From Eledone cirrhosa (Eukaryota): DNA of 64,000 nucleotides. Positions 1 through 9,718 of the stretch are shown in pieces. The stretch lies in assembly GCA_964016885.1 (NCBI GenBank), contig OZ024744.1:9052001-9116000 (forward strand). The letters are read 5' to 3'. Every line of letters begins with the position of its first letter. The stretch's first letter is position 1. The translations under genes were made by a program, and so were the position numbers. The notes under the pieces are model-generated. The model did not search any database and was not told the origin of the DNA. It worked only from the letters and a program-made list of their open reading frames with translations.

Positions 1-1260
1 ACGAAGCGGTGACAGGAGCAATGATCAACCAGGAAAAGTCAGTGGGCCTGCAGCTCGGCACCTTGAGAGGCAGGTCCATGCCGTCCAACAGCGTCGTCGG
101 GCGCTGGACGGACGGACCAGTTAAATTGCTAGGGGTATGGTTCGGTCCGGAACTCCAGATGGACAAAAACTAGGACGAGGTGACGAGCAGGGTGGCTTCT
201 CTCACCCAGAAATGGGCGGAGAGGAAGCTATCCCTGAAAGGTCGAGCGGAGGTGGCCAACGCGTACATCGCGTCCGTCATCTACTACCGCCTGACCGTCG
301 TACCTTGTCCTAAGCCCCGCCTGACTGCGCTGGAACGTTTGCTCTTTCGTTTTTTGTGGAAGGGACGCGCTCCGATGGACAGGCGGTCCATCTGCTGTCA
401 ACACCCGCTACGTGGAGGGCTGGGCATGCCGTGGCTGATGATGCGCAGACACGCGCTCAGGCTACGACATCTCCACCTCTTCCTCGACGGTGATCAGGTG
501 TGGTCGCCGTTTGCTAGACACGTCTTTCCCCAGCTTGTCTCCTTGACGGAGCTGCAGGCCTGGGTCAAGCGAAGACCGAGAGGGAACGCTTGGAGACTGG
601 AATGTCTTCAGGCGCTCACAGCCCTCGACCAATCTGGCAATGTGATCGGTGGGAACTCCACCTTGGCGTTCTATAGAGGATTAGTGGAGGGGAAGAGCGA
701 CGACGTACTTGGAGAAACTCTAGGCGTCGACGAAAATCAACTAGCCAATCTCTTCGGAAGGACTTTCGGGCCGGGGCCTATGGACAACTTCCAGAAATCC
801 CTGACCTGGCAGTGCTACTGAGGAGCTTTGCCAGTTCGGGATAAACTCTACAGGCATGGAGGTGCCGTCAGCCGGACATGTCTGAGATGCGCGCAGGGTG
901 ACGAAACCGTCCTGCACGCACTCGTCCAGTGTCCGAGCATTGCTGACTTGTGGGTTTATGTGGAACACCTGCTATCGCGTGTAGGACGGATCCGACTATC
1001 AGCTGAGTCCATCGTGAGGATTGCCCCGCCCTCTTCCTTTAGCCGGGAAGGGCAGGCAGTTTTTATCTGTCTGGTGGCCATGGCGAAAGAGATAGTATGG
1101 AGGACACGTTTGAAAGGGCTGAAGACGAGCACTTACCTCTTCGAAAAAGAAAATCAGGGTAGAGAAGGAAGTGCTCCCTTCCCAGCATTTTGTTGAAAGA
1201 TGGGTGAGAGAAGCAAGTATGGCCCGAATGAATGGGCCTCCTCTGAGTATGTGTCTGTAA
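1..1260 (+). pseudogene. Disrupted ORF2 C-terminal part (post-RT region and C-terminal zinc finger) of copy A
   Basis: Relative to copy B: TGG>TAG at 171-173, CGA>TGA at 819-821 and a 35-bp deletion near 1144. Retains CLRC...ETVLHALVQCP. Confidence 0.9.
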
Positions 1261-1524
1261 ATTAAAGGTGAAAACTGGGAGAGGGCACTTGCCCTGGTGG
1301 TCAGGCTCACTGTGGCTTTTTAATGGGCTTTTCCCACAAATGTCCCTCCGAAGTCTCCCCCCTAATGGGGAATATTTCATTGTTATTTTTATTACATCCG
1401 CTGTTTTTTTACACGCAGAAATGCCCATTTGTACCGTCCTGTATTGTCCTGTACTGTCCTTAACGTCTACTTTATGTAAACCCTTGTGGTTAATAAAGAA
1501 AGCATTATTATTATTATTATTATT
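1..1524 (+). mobile_element. L1/Tx1-like non-LTR retrotransposon copy A (3' part; 5' part lies outside the window), decayed
   Basis: Nearly identical to copy B at offset ~6002 (pos 1 acgaagcggtgacagg = 6003). Ends with CCCTTGTGGTTAATAAAGAAAGC(ATT)7 at 1504-1524. Confidence 0.92.
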
Positions 1525-1741
1525 GAATGCTATGGTTGACGGAGGCTCGGCTCTGTAAGGTACTGTAAATTTTGAACGCTTTAACAATTGTAAATTGTTT
1601 AAAACTTAGACCAACTTGTAGACAAAAACACCCTCCTCCTCGTGAGAGGGGTCTTTCTGCCCGTTATTTGGCCATTCGGGGTTAAATAACTGCTTATTGG
1701 AGGTTTGTACCCAATATTTATTTTAAACAAAAAAAAACAAC

Positions 1742-3842
1742 ATGGCTACGAAAAAGAATTTGCATAGGTCACTCCCACTCATTCCGTCTTCTTCTTCCTC
1801 AATCGTCACTACAGCAGAGAGAAGATTGTCTCTCTCCCTCCCTTCTTTAAATGTGTCTCTCTCCCTCCCTTCTCTTTCGCAAGTGACGAAAGAAAAGAAA
1901 AGTCTCGTGCAAAGCATGCAAGGTTTCTCCACGACGACGACGACAGCGACGAAACTGGTGTGCGGGAAATACGAAAACCCAGTTCATTCGTCTGACGTCA
2001 GGAATAATAGCAGTAGCAGCCGTAATAACAACAGCAACAGTGACAATGAAAACAACAGTAGCAGCCGCAACAGCATCACCAGCAGCATAAACAACAACAG
2101 CATTAGCAGCAGCAACACCAACAACAACCACAGCAACAGCGGCGAAGGCAGTAGTCGTAGTACCTGCAGCAACAACAAAAGTAACAGCAGCTCTGACGAC
2201 AACAACAACAACAGCAGCAAAGAAAAACCAATCTCATTTGCAGGTATTGCGAAAAACTTGGAAACAATCCTCATAACAAATGAGGAATTAGAGGAAGCGA
2301 AGAAGATGGTGACAAAGAATGGACACCGAGCAATCTGCAAGGCAGCGGAAAATTTTTTCGAAACCCAACAGCACTGTACGGTCACGTACCGTACAGTAAG
2401 TACAAAATCCCGTAGGGTGGAAAGAGCCACAGAGGCCCAAATACAAAAAGCCTTGGGGTCTGTGTGGCAGCGGAAAACGCACATCACCCGAGGCAAAAAA
2501 TATGCCACCGTAGACGTACTTTTTGCCACACCCCAGGAGGCAAAGGCCCAATCCGTAGTGACCCTAAGGAGCGAGGAAATGGTGTTGGTGCCCTCCTACT
2601 GCGGGCAAAAAATTGTGAGGGTCAAACTGACCCACGTCCCCCCCGGAATGGCCCCTTCTTGGCTGGCCGCGTCTGTCCTCATCGGAATCGAGGACAAAAC
2701 AACTGTACTGCAAGTACAGAAAAAAGTAAGAGAAGATTGGGTCGGCACCTCCATTGAGATGCTAATCCAAACCAACCAGGAGTGCATCGAAGCTATCCCG
2801 GATGTGATAGACTTCGATAACGGCACTCAACTGCCTATAAGTGTTGAGGGCAAAAGCCCGAAATGCTTTCGCTGTGGATCGAAGACTCACCTCAGGGCCT
2901 TCTGCAACGAGAAGACCCTGAGAAAGGAGAAACCTCCCTCCTTCCGAATCCGGCTCCACGGCTACCAGCAACAGGACAAGCGGCAACCAGGAACGATAGG
3001 TCCGTGGAACCCATACCCACGCCACGGAATCAAAAACAGCAGCAGCAGTGGAAATATTAACAACAACAACAGCAATACCAAATGCAGCTGCAACAGAGAC
3101 TCCAGTGCAAACATCACCAACAACAACAAGTGAAAGAGTGGAGCTGGTACCCCTCCCAGACCTCACAGAATCAGACATGGAGTGTGAGGTGGGAGAGGGA
3201 TGGCAAAAGGTCGTAAGAAGGCACAAACGCAGAAGCAGCGCATCGTCGCCTTTGAAAATGGAGGAAAAAAATGAGAAAAGGGTAAAGTCTACTGCAAAGA
3301 GACCCACAGCAGCAACACCACTAACACCATCACCACCCACACTAGCACCACCATCACCACCGGCGACAACCCCACCGCCAACAACACCTTTAACACCACC
3401 ACCACAAGCACCAACATCGCAAACACAACAACAAAACACACACACCCAGCAACAACGACAAGAAAATAGCAGAACCACACCCCACCCCCAGAAAAACAAA
3501 TGCACGGCAATAAATACACACAACAAGAAACTAATGACTTACACAATTGAACACACAGACATTTCACAACAGGACTACATAATACCAGCACCAATCAAAA
3601 CGCCAACTAACATAAGACTGCTAAAAATAGCATAGAAACAATACACAAACATTAAAACGAAATTCCCCAACGCAGTTGGTGATTTCAGGGACCTAGGAGG
3701 AACCATCAATCGAAGAGTATATTCAGACATTCTCTTAGAAGAGCCGACGACCAGCCGAAGGGACGATTCAACGGACCCTTCACCAGACGATCAAGTGAAA
3801 AGGGATGTAAAAACAATCCCTCTTCTACCAAAAGTACGGTAA
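1742..3842 (+). pseudogene. ORF1 of copy B (nucleic-acid-binding protein with zinc knuckle), disrupted as assembled
   Basis: ATG in aacATGg context, Ser/Asn-rich N-terminus, CFRCGSKTHLRAFC (C-X2-C-X4-H-X4-C). Frameshift somewhere ~2910-3050 into the 3048 frame, in-frame TAG at 3633-3635, then continues KQYTNIKTKFPNAVG...LPKVR* to 3842. Confidence 0.8.
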
Positions 3843-3877
3843 GTGGTCTTTCCCATCATTTCCACTCTATTTTAAAC

Positions 3878-6800
3878 ATGACCTCACTCAGAATAGGCAG
3901 CATAAATGCGCGTGGCTTGGGGTCGTCATGGAAGCAGGGTCACCTGCTCAACGACCTCAGGTCACTAAACATAGATGTAGTGGCCATCAGCGAGACCAGA
4001 ATCTCCGAAGCACGGGCCTTCGCACCGATCTTCGGCGGCTACGATGTGTACGCATCTCCCAGCCGTCCTGGATCGGGTGGAGGAGTTGCTGTGCTTTTTC
4101 GGAGAGGTTTGGATCTCGCCATACGGGCCATCTTCCTGGACCCAGAGGGTAAGCTGGTGGTGCTGGACGTGACCAGCGGAGAAGGGCAAGCTTTCAGGCT
4201 AGTGGCCGTCTATGCCCCGACAGGAGCAGGGCGGCCTGATTTCTTCCGGCGTCTGGAGACCTTTCTTGGAACGTCCCGCTCTTTAGTGTTAGTGGGCGAC
4301 TGGAACGGGATCTTAGATGCACGCTGGGACTGTGTGGGATTAGCGGATAGGGGACGAGGGTGCAAGAGCCTCACCAGCCTGCTCAGGCGTTTTGAACTGT
4401 CTGACAGGTACCGATTGGATTTCCCGAATGTGCCAATGTGGACTTGGACAAATCGCATAGGGTCATCCAGATCATATCTAGATAGAGTATTTTGTAGGGA
4501 AATAGATAGGTCTAGCATAGGCTGTCCACAATTCAAGATAGTCAGCTACACGGACCACAAATTCGTGATCTGTGTGCTTGACTTAGATAGGCTTCATAGA
4601 CGAGGACCCGGCTACTGGAAGCTAAACGCGTCCTTACCAGCGCGCAAGGCCTACAGAGACCGGATTAGCGAACTAGTTAAGCGGGCGTTGACGGGGGCCA
4701 TCGTCAACAACAAGTGGTGGTTTGCTCTGAAAAGAGCGATTAGAATAGAATCGATTAGGTTTAGTAAGGCTTTAGCAATAGAGAAAAATAGAGCAGAGGG
4801 AGAACTAGTTAGAAAATTAGACGAGGCGCTTAGCAAAGGCATTGCGACCGACGTGCTTGCGGAGAAATTGGCCCTTGACCAATTCTTCAATGCAAAGCAC
4901 GAAGGCTGCGTTGTCAGAGCAAGGGTGCGTGCTCTCAGACACGAGGGGACGAAAGCCGTTCAATGGGCCCGAGTGGCGGAGGCGCGTCGTGGCAACAAAG
5001 CCACGATCCGGTCTTTGGTGGACCACGACGGGCGCATGCTACTCGATCCCGGGCAAATGTGTGAAGCTTTTCAGCGACACTTCACTCAGCTGTTCGGGGG
5101 CAGCGGTGGGCCGGGTAGAGGGATGGACTTTAGTGTCTACCTCGACGGACTGCCGCGGCTCTCGGCCACTGAGGCGAAGTGTTGCGAAAAGCCGATAACA
5201 GCCGCTGAAGTAAGGGAGGCAATGACTGGCTGCACAAGGGGTAAATCGCCTGGTTTGGATGGTCTGCCCTATGAACTTTACGTACAGATGCCAGACTTGT
5301 TCGGAGGCCTCTTGGCGGACGTCTACTGCAACTGGCAACAGAACGGGAGAATTCCCAGTTCTGTGAGCCGAGGAGCGGTGGAACTGCTGAGAAAGGATCC
5401 GAACAAGGGGGATAACATAGATAATTTCCGGCCCATAACTCTGCTAAACACAGAGTTCAAGATTTTGGCCAAGGTGCTAGCAAAGAGGTTGGCGCTTGTC
5501 GTTGGTGGTCTGGTGGGAGAGGCGCAGACATGCGCCATTCCCGACAGATCCATCCACGACAACCTCCACCTCATGCGATACATCATAGAGAGGGTAGCTA
5601 AGGAACCTAGCACGGGTGGGTCCTTGATCAATTTAGATCAGTCGAAAGCTTTCGATAGGGTCGACCATCGTTACCTAGCGGCAGTCCTGAGGGCGGCTGG
5701 CTTTGGGCCCGTCTTCAGAGGCTGGATCGCTGCCATGCACAGCGACATCTGCTCTGTGGTGAGAGTGAACGGTCACCTGTCGGAACCGTTCAACATCATG
5801 CGCTCTGTCCGCCAAGGATGTCCCCTCTCGTCCCTCTTGTACGTATTGACTCTCGAGCCATTACTGCACAAACTGGAGACGTTGAGGGGAGTCCCGCGCG
5901 AACTAGGATGGGGAAGATCCGTGTCAGCATATGCGGACGATGTCACCGTAGTGGTGTCGAACGCCAAACACATCGAGGCGATCGGCACTACACTAAGAGA
6001 ATACGAAGCGGTGACAGGAGCAATGATCAACCAGGAAAAGTCAGTGGGCCTGCAGCTCGGCACCTGGAGAGGCAGGTCCATGCCGTCCAACAGCGTCGTC
6101 GGGCGCTGGACGGACGGACCAGTTAAATTGCTAGGGGTCTGGTTCGGTCCGGACCTCCAGACGGACAAAAACTGGGACGAGGTGACGAGCAGGGTGGCTT
6201 CTCTCACCCAGAAATGGGTGGAGAGGAAGCTATCCCTGAAAGGTCGAGTGGAGGTGGCTAACGCGTACATCGCGTCTGTCATCTGCTACCGCCTGACCGT
6301 CGTAACTTGTCCTAAGCCTCGCCTGACTGCGCTGGAGCGTTTGCTCTTTCGCTTTTTGTGGAAGGGACGTGCTCCGATGGTCAGGCGGTCCATCTGTTGT
6401 CAACACCCACTACGTGGAGGGCTGGGCATGCCGTGGCTGATGATGCGCAGGCACGCGCTCAGGCTACGACATCTCCACCTCTTCCTCGACGGTGATCAGG
6501 TGTGGTCGCCGTTTGCTAGACACGTATTTCCCCAGCTCGTTTCCTTGACGGAGCTGCAGTCCTGGGTCAAGCGAAGACCGAGAGGGAGCGCCTGGAGACT
6601 GGAATGTCTTCAGGCGCTCACAGCCCTCGACCAATCGGGCAATGTGATCGGTGGAAACTCCACCTCGGCGTTCTATAGAGGATTAGTGGAGGGGAAGAGC
6701 GACGACGTACTTGGGGAAACTCTAGGCGTCGACGAAAATCAACTAGCCAATCTCTTCGGAAGAACTTTCGGGCCAGGGCCTATGGACAACTTCCAGAAAT

Positions 6801-7285
6801 CTCTGGCCTGGCAGTGCTACCGAGGAGCCTTGCCAGTTCGGGATAAACTCTACAGGCATGGAGGTGCCGTCAGCCGGGCATGTCCGAGATGCGCGCAGGG
6901 CGACGAAACCGTCCTGCACGCACTCGTCCAGTGTCCGAAAATTGCTGACTTGTGGGTTTATGTCGAACACCTGCTGTCGCGTTTAGGACGGATCCGGCTA
7001 TCATCTGAGTCCATCGTGAGGATTGCCCCGCCCTCCTCCTTTAGCCGGGAAGGGCAGGCAGTTTTTATCTGTCTGGTGGCCATGGCGAAAGAGATAGTAT
7101 GGTGGACACGTTTGAAAGGGCTGAAGACGAGCACTTGCCTCTTCGGTGATGCTCTGATTGACTTTTTCAAATTTCATTTGAAAAGGAAAATCAGAGTAGA
7201 GAGGGAAGTGCTCTCTTCCCAGCATTTTGTTGAAAGATGGGTGAGAGAAGCAAGAATGGCCCGAGTGAATGGGCCTACTATATAG
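3878..7285 (+). CDS. ORF2 of copy B: apurinic-like endonuclease + reverse transcriptase + C-terminal zinc finger
   Basis: APE motifs (SINARGL, SET, VYAP, GDWN, YLDR, TDH). RT motifs (KSPGLDG, FRPITLLN, LDQSKAFDRV, QGCPLS, YADD at 5930-5941, LGV). CPRC-X-H-X4-C. The last few codons are lost to a 1-nt insertion relative to copies A and C. Confidence 0.95.
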   Translation: MTSLRIGSINARGLGSSWKQGHLLNDLRSLNIDVVAISETRISEARAFAPIFGGYDVYASPSRPGSGGGVAVLFRRGLDLAIRAIFLDPEGKLVVLDVTSGEGQAFRLVAVYAPTGAGRPDFFRRLETFLGTSRSLVLVGDWNGILDARWDCVGLADRGRGCKSLTSLLRRFELSDRYRLDFPNVPMWTWTNRIGSSRSYLDRVFCREIDRSSIGCPQFKIVSYTDHKFVICVLDLDRLHRRGPGYWKLNASLPARKAYRDRISELVKRALTGAIVNNKWWFALKRAIRIESIRFSKALAIEKNRAEGELVRKLDEALSKGIATDVLAEKLALDQFFNAKHEGCVVRARVRALRHEGTKAVQWARVAEARRGNKATIRSLVDHDGRMLLDPGQMCEAFQRHFTQLFGGSGGPGRGMDFSVYLDGLPRLSATEAKCCEKPITAAEVREAMTGCTRGKSPGLDGLPYELYVQMPDLFGGLLADVYCNWQQNGRIPSSVSRGAVELLRKDPNKGDNIDNFRPITLLNTEFKILAKVLAKRLALVVGGLVGEAQTCAIPDRSIHDNLHLMRYIIERVAKEPSTGGSLINLDQSKAFDRVDHRYLAAVLRAAGFGPVFRGWIAAMHSDICSVVRVNGHLSEPFNIMRSVRQGCPLSSLLYVLTLEPLLHKLETLRGVPRELGWGRSVSAYADDVTVVVSNAKHIEAIGTTLREYEAVTGAMINQEKSVGLQLGTWRGRSMPSNSVVGRWTDGPVKLLGVWFGPDLQTDKNWDEVTSRVASLTQKWVERKLSLKGRVEVANAYIASVICYRLTVVTCPKPRLTALERLLFRFLWKGRAPMVRRSICCQHPLRGGLGMPWLMMRRHALRLRHLHLFLDGDQVWSPFARHVFPQLVSLTELQSWVKRRPRGSAWRLECLQALTALDQSGNVIGGNSTSAFYRGLVEGKSDDVLGETLGVDENQLANLFGRTFGPGPMDNFQKSLAWQCYRGALPVRDKLYRHGGAVSRACPRCAQGDETVLHALVQCPKIADLWVYVEHLLSRLGRIRLSSESIVRIAPPSSFSREGQAVFICLVAMAKEIVWWTRLKGLKTSTCLFGDALIDFFKFHLKRKIRVEREVLSSQHFVERWVREARMARVNGPTI

Positions 7286-7774
7286 TATATATCTGTAAAT
7301 TAAAGGTGGAAAACTGGGAGAGGGCACTTGCCTTGGTGGTCAGGGTCATTGTGGCTTTTTACTGGGCTTTCTCCACAAATGTCCCTCCGAAGTCTCCCCC
7401 CTATTGGGGAATTTTTCATTGTTATTTTTATTACATCCTCTGTTTTTTTACACGCAGAAATGCCCATTTGTACCGTCCTGTATTGTCCTGCACTGTCCTT
7501 AATGTCTACTTCATGTAAACCCTTGTGGTTAATAAAGAAATCATTATTATTATTATTATTATTGACGAAAGTGGATGTACGTTTTTTGAAGCTCCGTGAG
7601 TAAGCAATTTTTTGAAGATTAATTGTGGAGAATTGTTTATTTTTTTGTACCGCTGAAGCATTATAAGACATTCATTTGTATCCTGTGAAGGAATAACTCA
7701 TAATATTTGGGCCTTTTGGCCCAAATATTTGAACTTTATTTTTGAAAAATAATAATTTTTTTTCTCAAAAATAC

Positions 7775-9689
7775 ATGGCGGAGCCACGCCCCCTAGAGGC
7801 GGGTCTGCTGTCGTGCAACGGCGACTTGAGCGTTGAGAGGAGAGGTGGGGAGAGGAGCGCCACCAGCACGAGTGTGAGCAGCGACAGTGCCAGCACCAAC
7901 GGGCCGAGCGGCGCGGAAGGTGGTAACAGCGACAACACCAACAAGCCGAACAGCGCAGAAGGTGGTAATAGCGAGAGCACCAACAAAACGAACAGCACAG
8001 AGAGTAATAGTAGCGACAGCAGCAGCACCAACAAGGCCAACAGCACAGAGGGTAACCACGACACAGGGGAGAACGACAACAGCAATAGCAGCAGCAACAC
8101 CAACAAGAACAACAACAGTGACAACACCAACAAGAACACCTTCGCTGCTGTGGCAGCGGCTAAAAGGAGACCATGCTACAGCATCGACTTAACCAACAGA
8201 GAGGAAAAGTTGGCCCAGGCCTGGAAAATCATAAATCAAGAGCAGACCTGGGCAAACTTAACTGTCCCGGCAGAAGCCATTGAGGCAGTGGAAAAAAGAA
8301 CGGTGCATTTCAGATGCATCTCAGTAGAGACAAAGAGGGCAGCGATAATCGCCCAAGCTGATATAGAAGCCGCACTGAAATACATCAGAGAGGACACAGA
8401 CTTCATAGAGAGGGGCAGGCAATACGGCACCGTTTCGGTGCTGTTCAAGTCTGAAGCCCTCGCTGTGAAGCATTCAATGACCCCTTGCAAAACCAGCAAG
8501 GTCATAATGTACCCCTCCCACATGGGAAAACGAATAGCACGTGTGCGCATTCCCAGGATTCCACCAGGACTTGATATGTGGTGGCTCCTGGGTTGCGTAA
8601 TCGTGGAAGGAACGGATACAGTCCCGGTAGAGGCAACGAGAACTGCCAGGGACGACTGGTCCGGGGTTGATCTGGAGATACTGCTCCAAATCAGACCCGA
8701 AAACGTAAAAGCAATCCCGGACCACATCCGCCTCCAAAACGGGAGGGTGTTGCATATAATGACTGAGGGCAAAAGGCCGCATTGTTTCCTTTTGTGGGGA
8801 AACGACACACTTGCGAGCCTTCTGCCCTCAACTGCCGAAAAGCGCAAGGGGTCGAAAGATTCCACTGCTGGCGACGCCGGCACAAGGACCACCAGCAACA
8901 CCGTCAACAATGGAACCACCAAAATTGCACACCCAGGGGGGAAACGAGGAAAGCTCTCCCATTCCCCCTCCCCCCCCCCAAAAAAAAATACACACACGAA
9001 CAAGAACATAAACACTCACTCAGACACAAACACGCTCACAGCCACAGACCCCTCATCCTCCAGCAGTGAAGATGAGGGAAAACCAAAGTCCCCCAAAATA
9101 CAAAAAAAAAAAACACAAAAAAAAAAGAAATCCACAAAGCACAAACACCCCCACAAAAAAAAATACACACACCACCCACACAAACATTTTCCCCACAGCA
9201 TCACCAACACAACCACCAAAATCCCCCAAACGCAAACAAGCTAAACAGACACAAGAACAAATAGACACACAAACATCAGAAACTACAGACACCCCACCCA
9301 CAACAAACGCAGACACAATAGAAACAACACTAACAAAGCTATCACCACCACAATCACACGAACAAATAAAACCCGAGCAACAAAACATTAAAAACTTCGT
9401 GCTTGCCAGAAGGGCCAACAAGGAATTGATGGCCCATGTAGCACGAAGCACAAACATCGAAAAAGAGGGAGAAACATTTGAAGCGAGCACATTTCGCGTA
9501 CCAGATAATTTGCTTCTGATGCGAATGTCGCTCGCTTCATACAAAGAAATTCGAAAGAGCTTTCCTCGGGATGTGGGAACCCCGAACGTAAAACCCACTT
9601 CAAGACTATTAAAGGGGTTCCCAAAAGAAACCCCACAAACCATGGAGGTCGAACCACCCGACCTTCACAAGACCCCGGAAGGTAAGTAA
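7775..9689 (+). pseudogene. ORF1 of copy C, frameshifted in homopolymer runs
   Basis: ATG at 7775 (tacATGg). Homologous to ORF1 of B (RGRQYGTVSVLF vs RGKKYATVDVLF; IPPG vs VPPG; AIPD..EGK). Removing one T at 8790-8793 restores HCFLCGETTHLRAFC. Further shifts are likely in the C/A runs at ~8964-8988 and ~9102-9126. The 9066 frame ends EGK* at 9689. Confidence 0.82.
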
Positions 9690-9718
9690 ACCTTTCCTCT
9701 CCCATTCATCCTGCCAGC

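Larger units (their letters stand above)
1525..7563 (+). mobile_element. L1/Tx1-like non-LTR retrotransposon copy B, apparently full length (~6.04 kb)
   Basis: 5' UTR, ORF1 with CCHC knuckle, 35-bp spacer, 1135-aa APE-RT ORF2, 3' UTR, AATAAA and (ATT)7 tail at 7543-7563. Begins immediately after the tail of copy A. Confidence 0.93.

Noticed and set aside
1268-1558. Hydrophobic ~95-aa ORFs in LINE 3' UTRs (also 7328-7603 and 13140-13433) as an ORF3
   Set aside because: Non-ATG starts, T-rich UTR composition and the (ATT)n tail explain them, and the peptide is not conserved between B and C.
1525-1741. tRNA, snRNA, 5S or spliced-leader target sequence between elements, as for known target-specific Tx1 families
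   Set aside because: No recognisable RNA gene fragment at either junction. The sequences look like element 5' UTRs. An Rfam search would be needed to exclude this fully.
7501-7509. aatgtctac in the 3' UTR of copy B matching the satellite core
   Set aside because: Only 9 bp, and copy A has aacgtctac. Compatible with chance.
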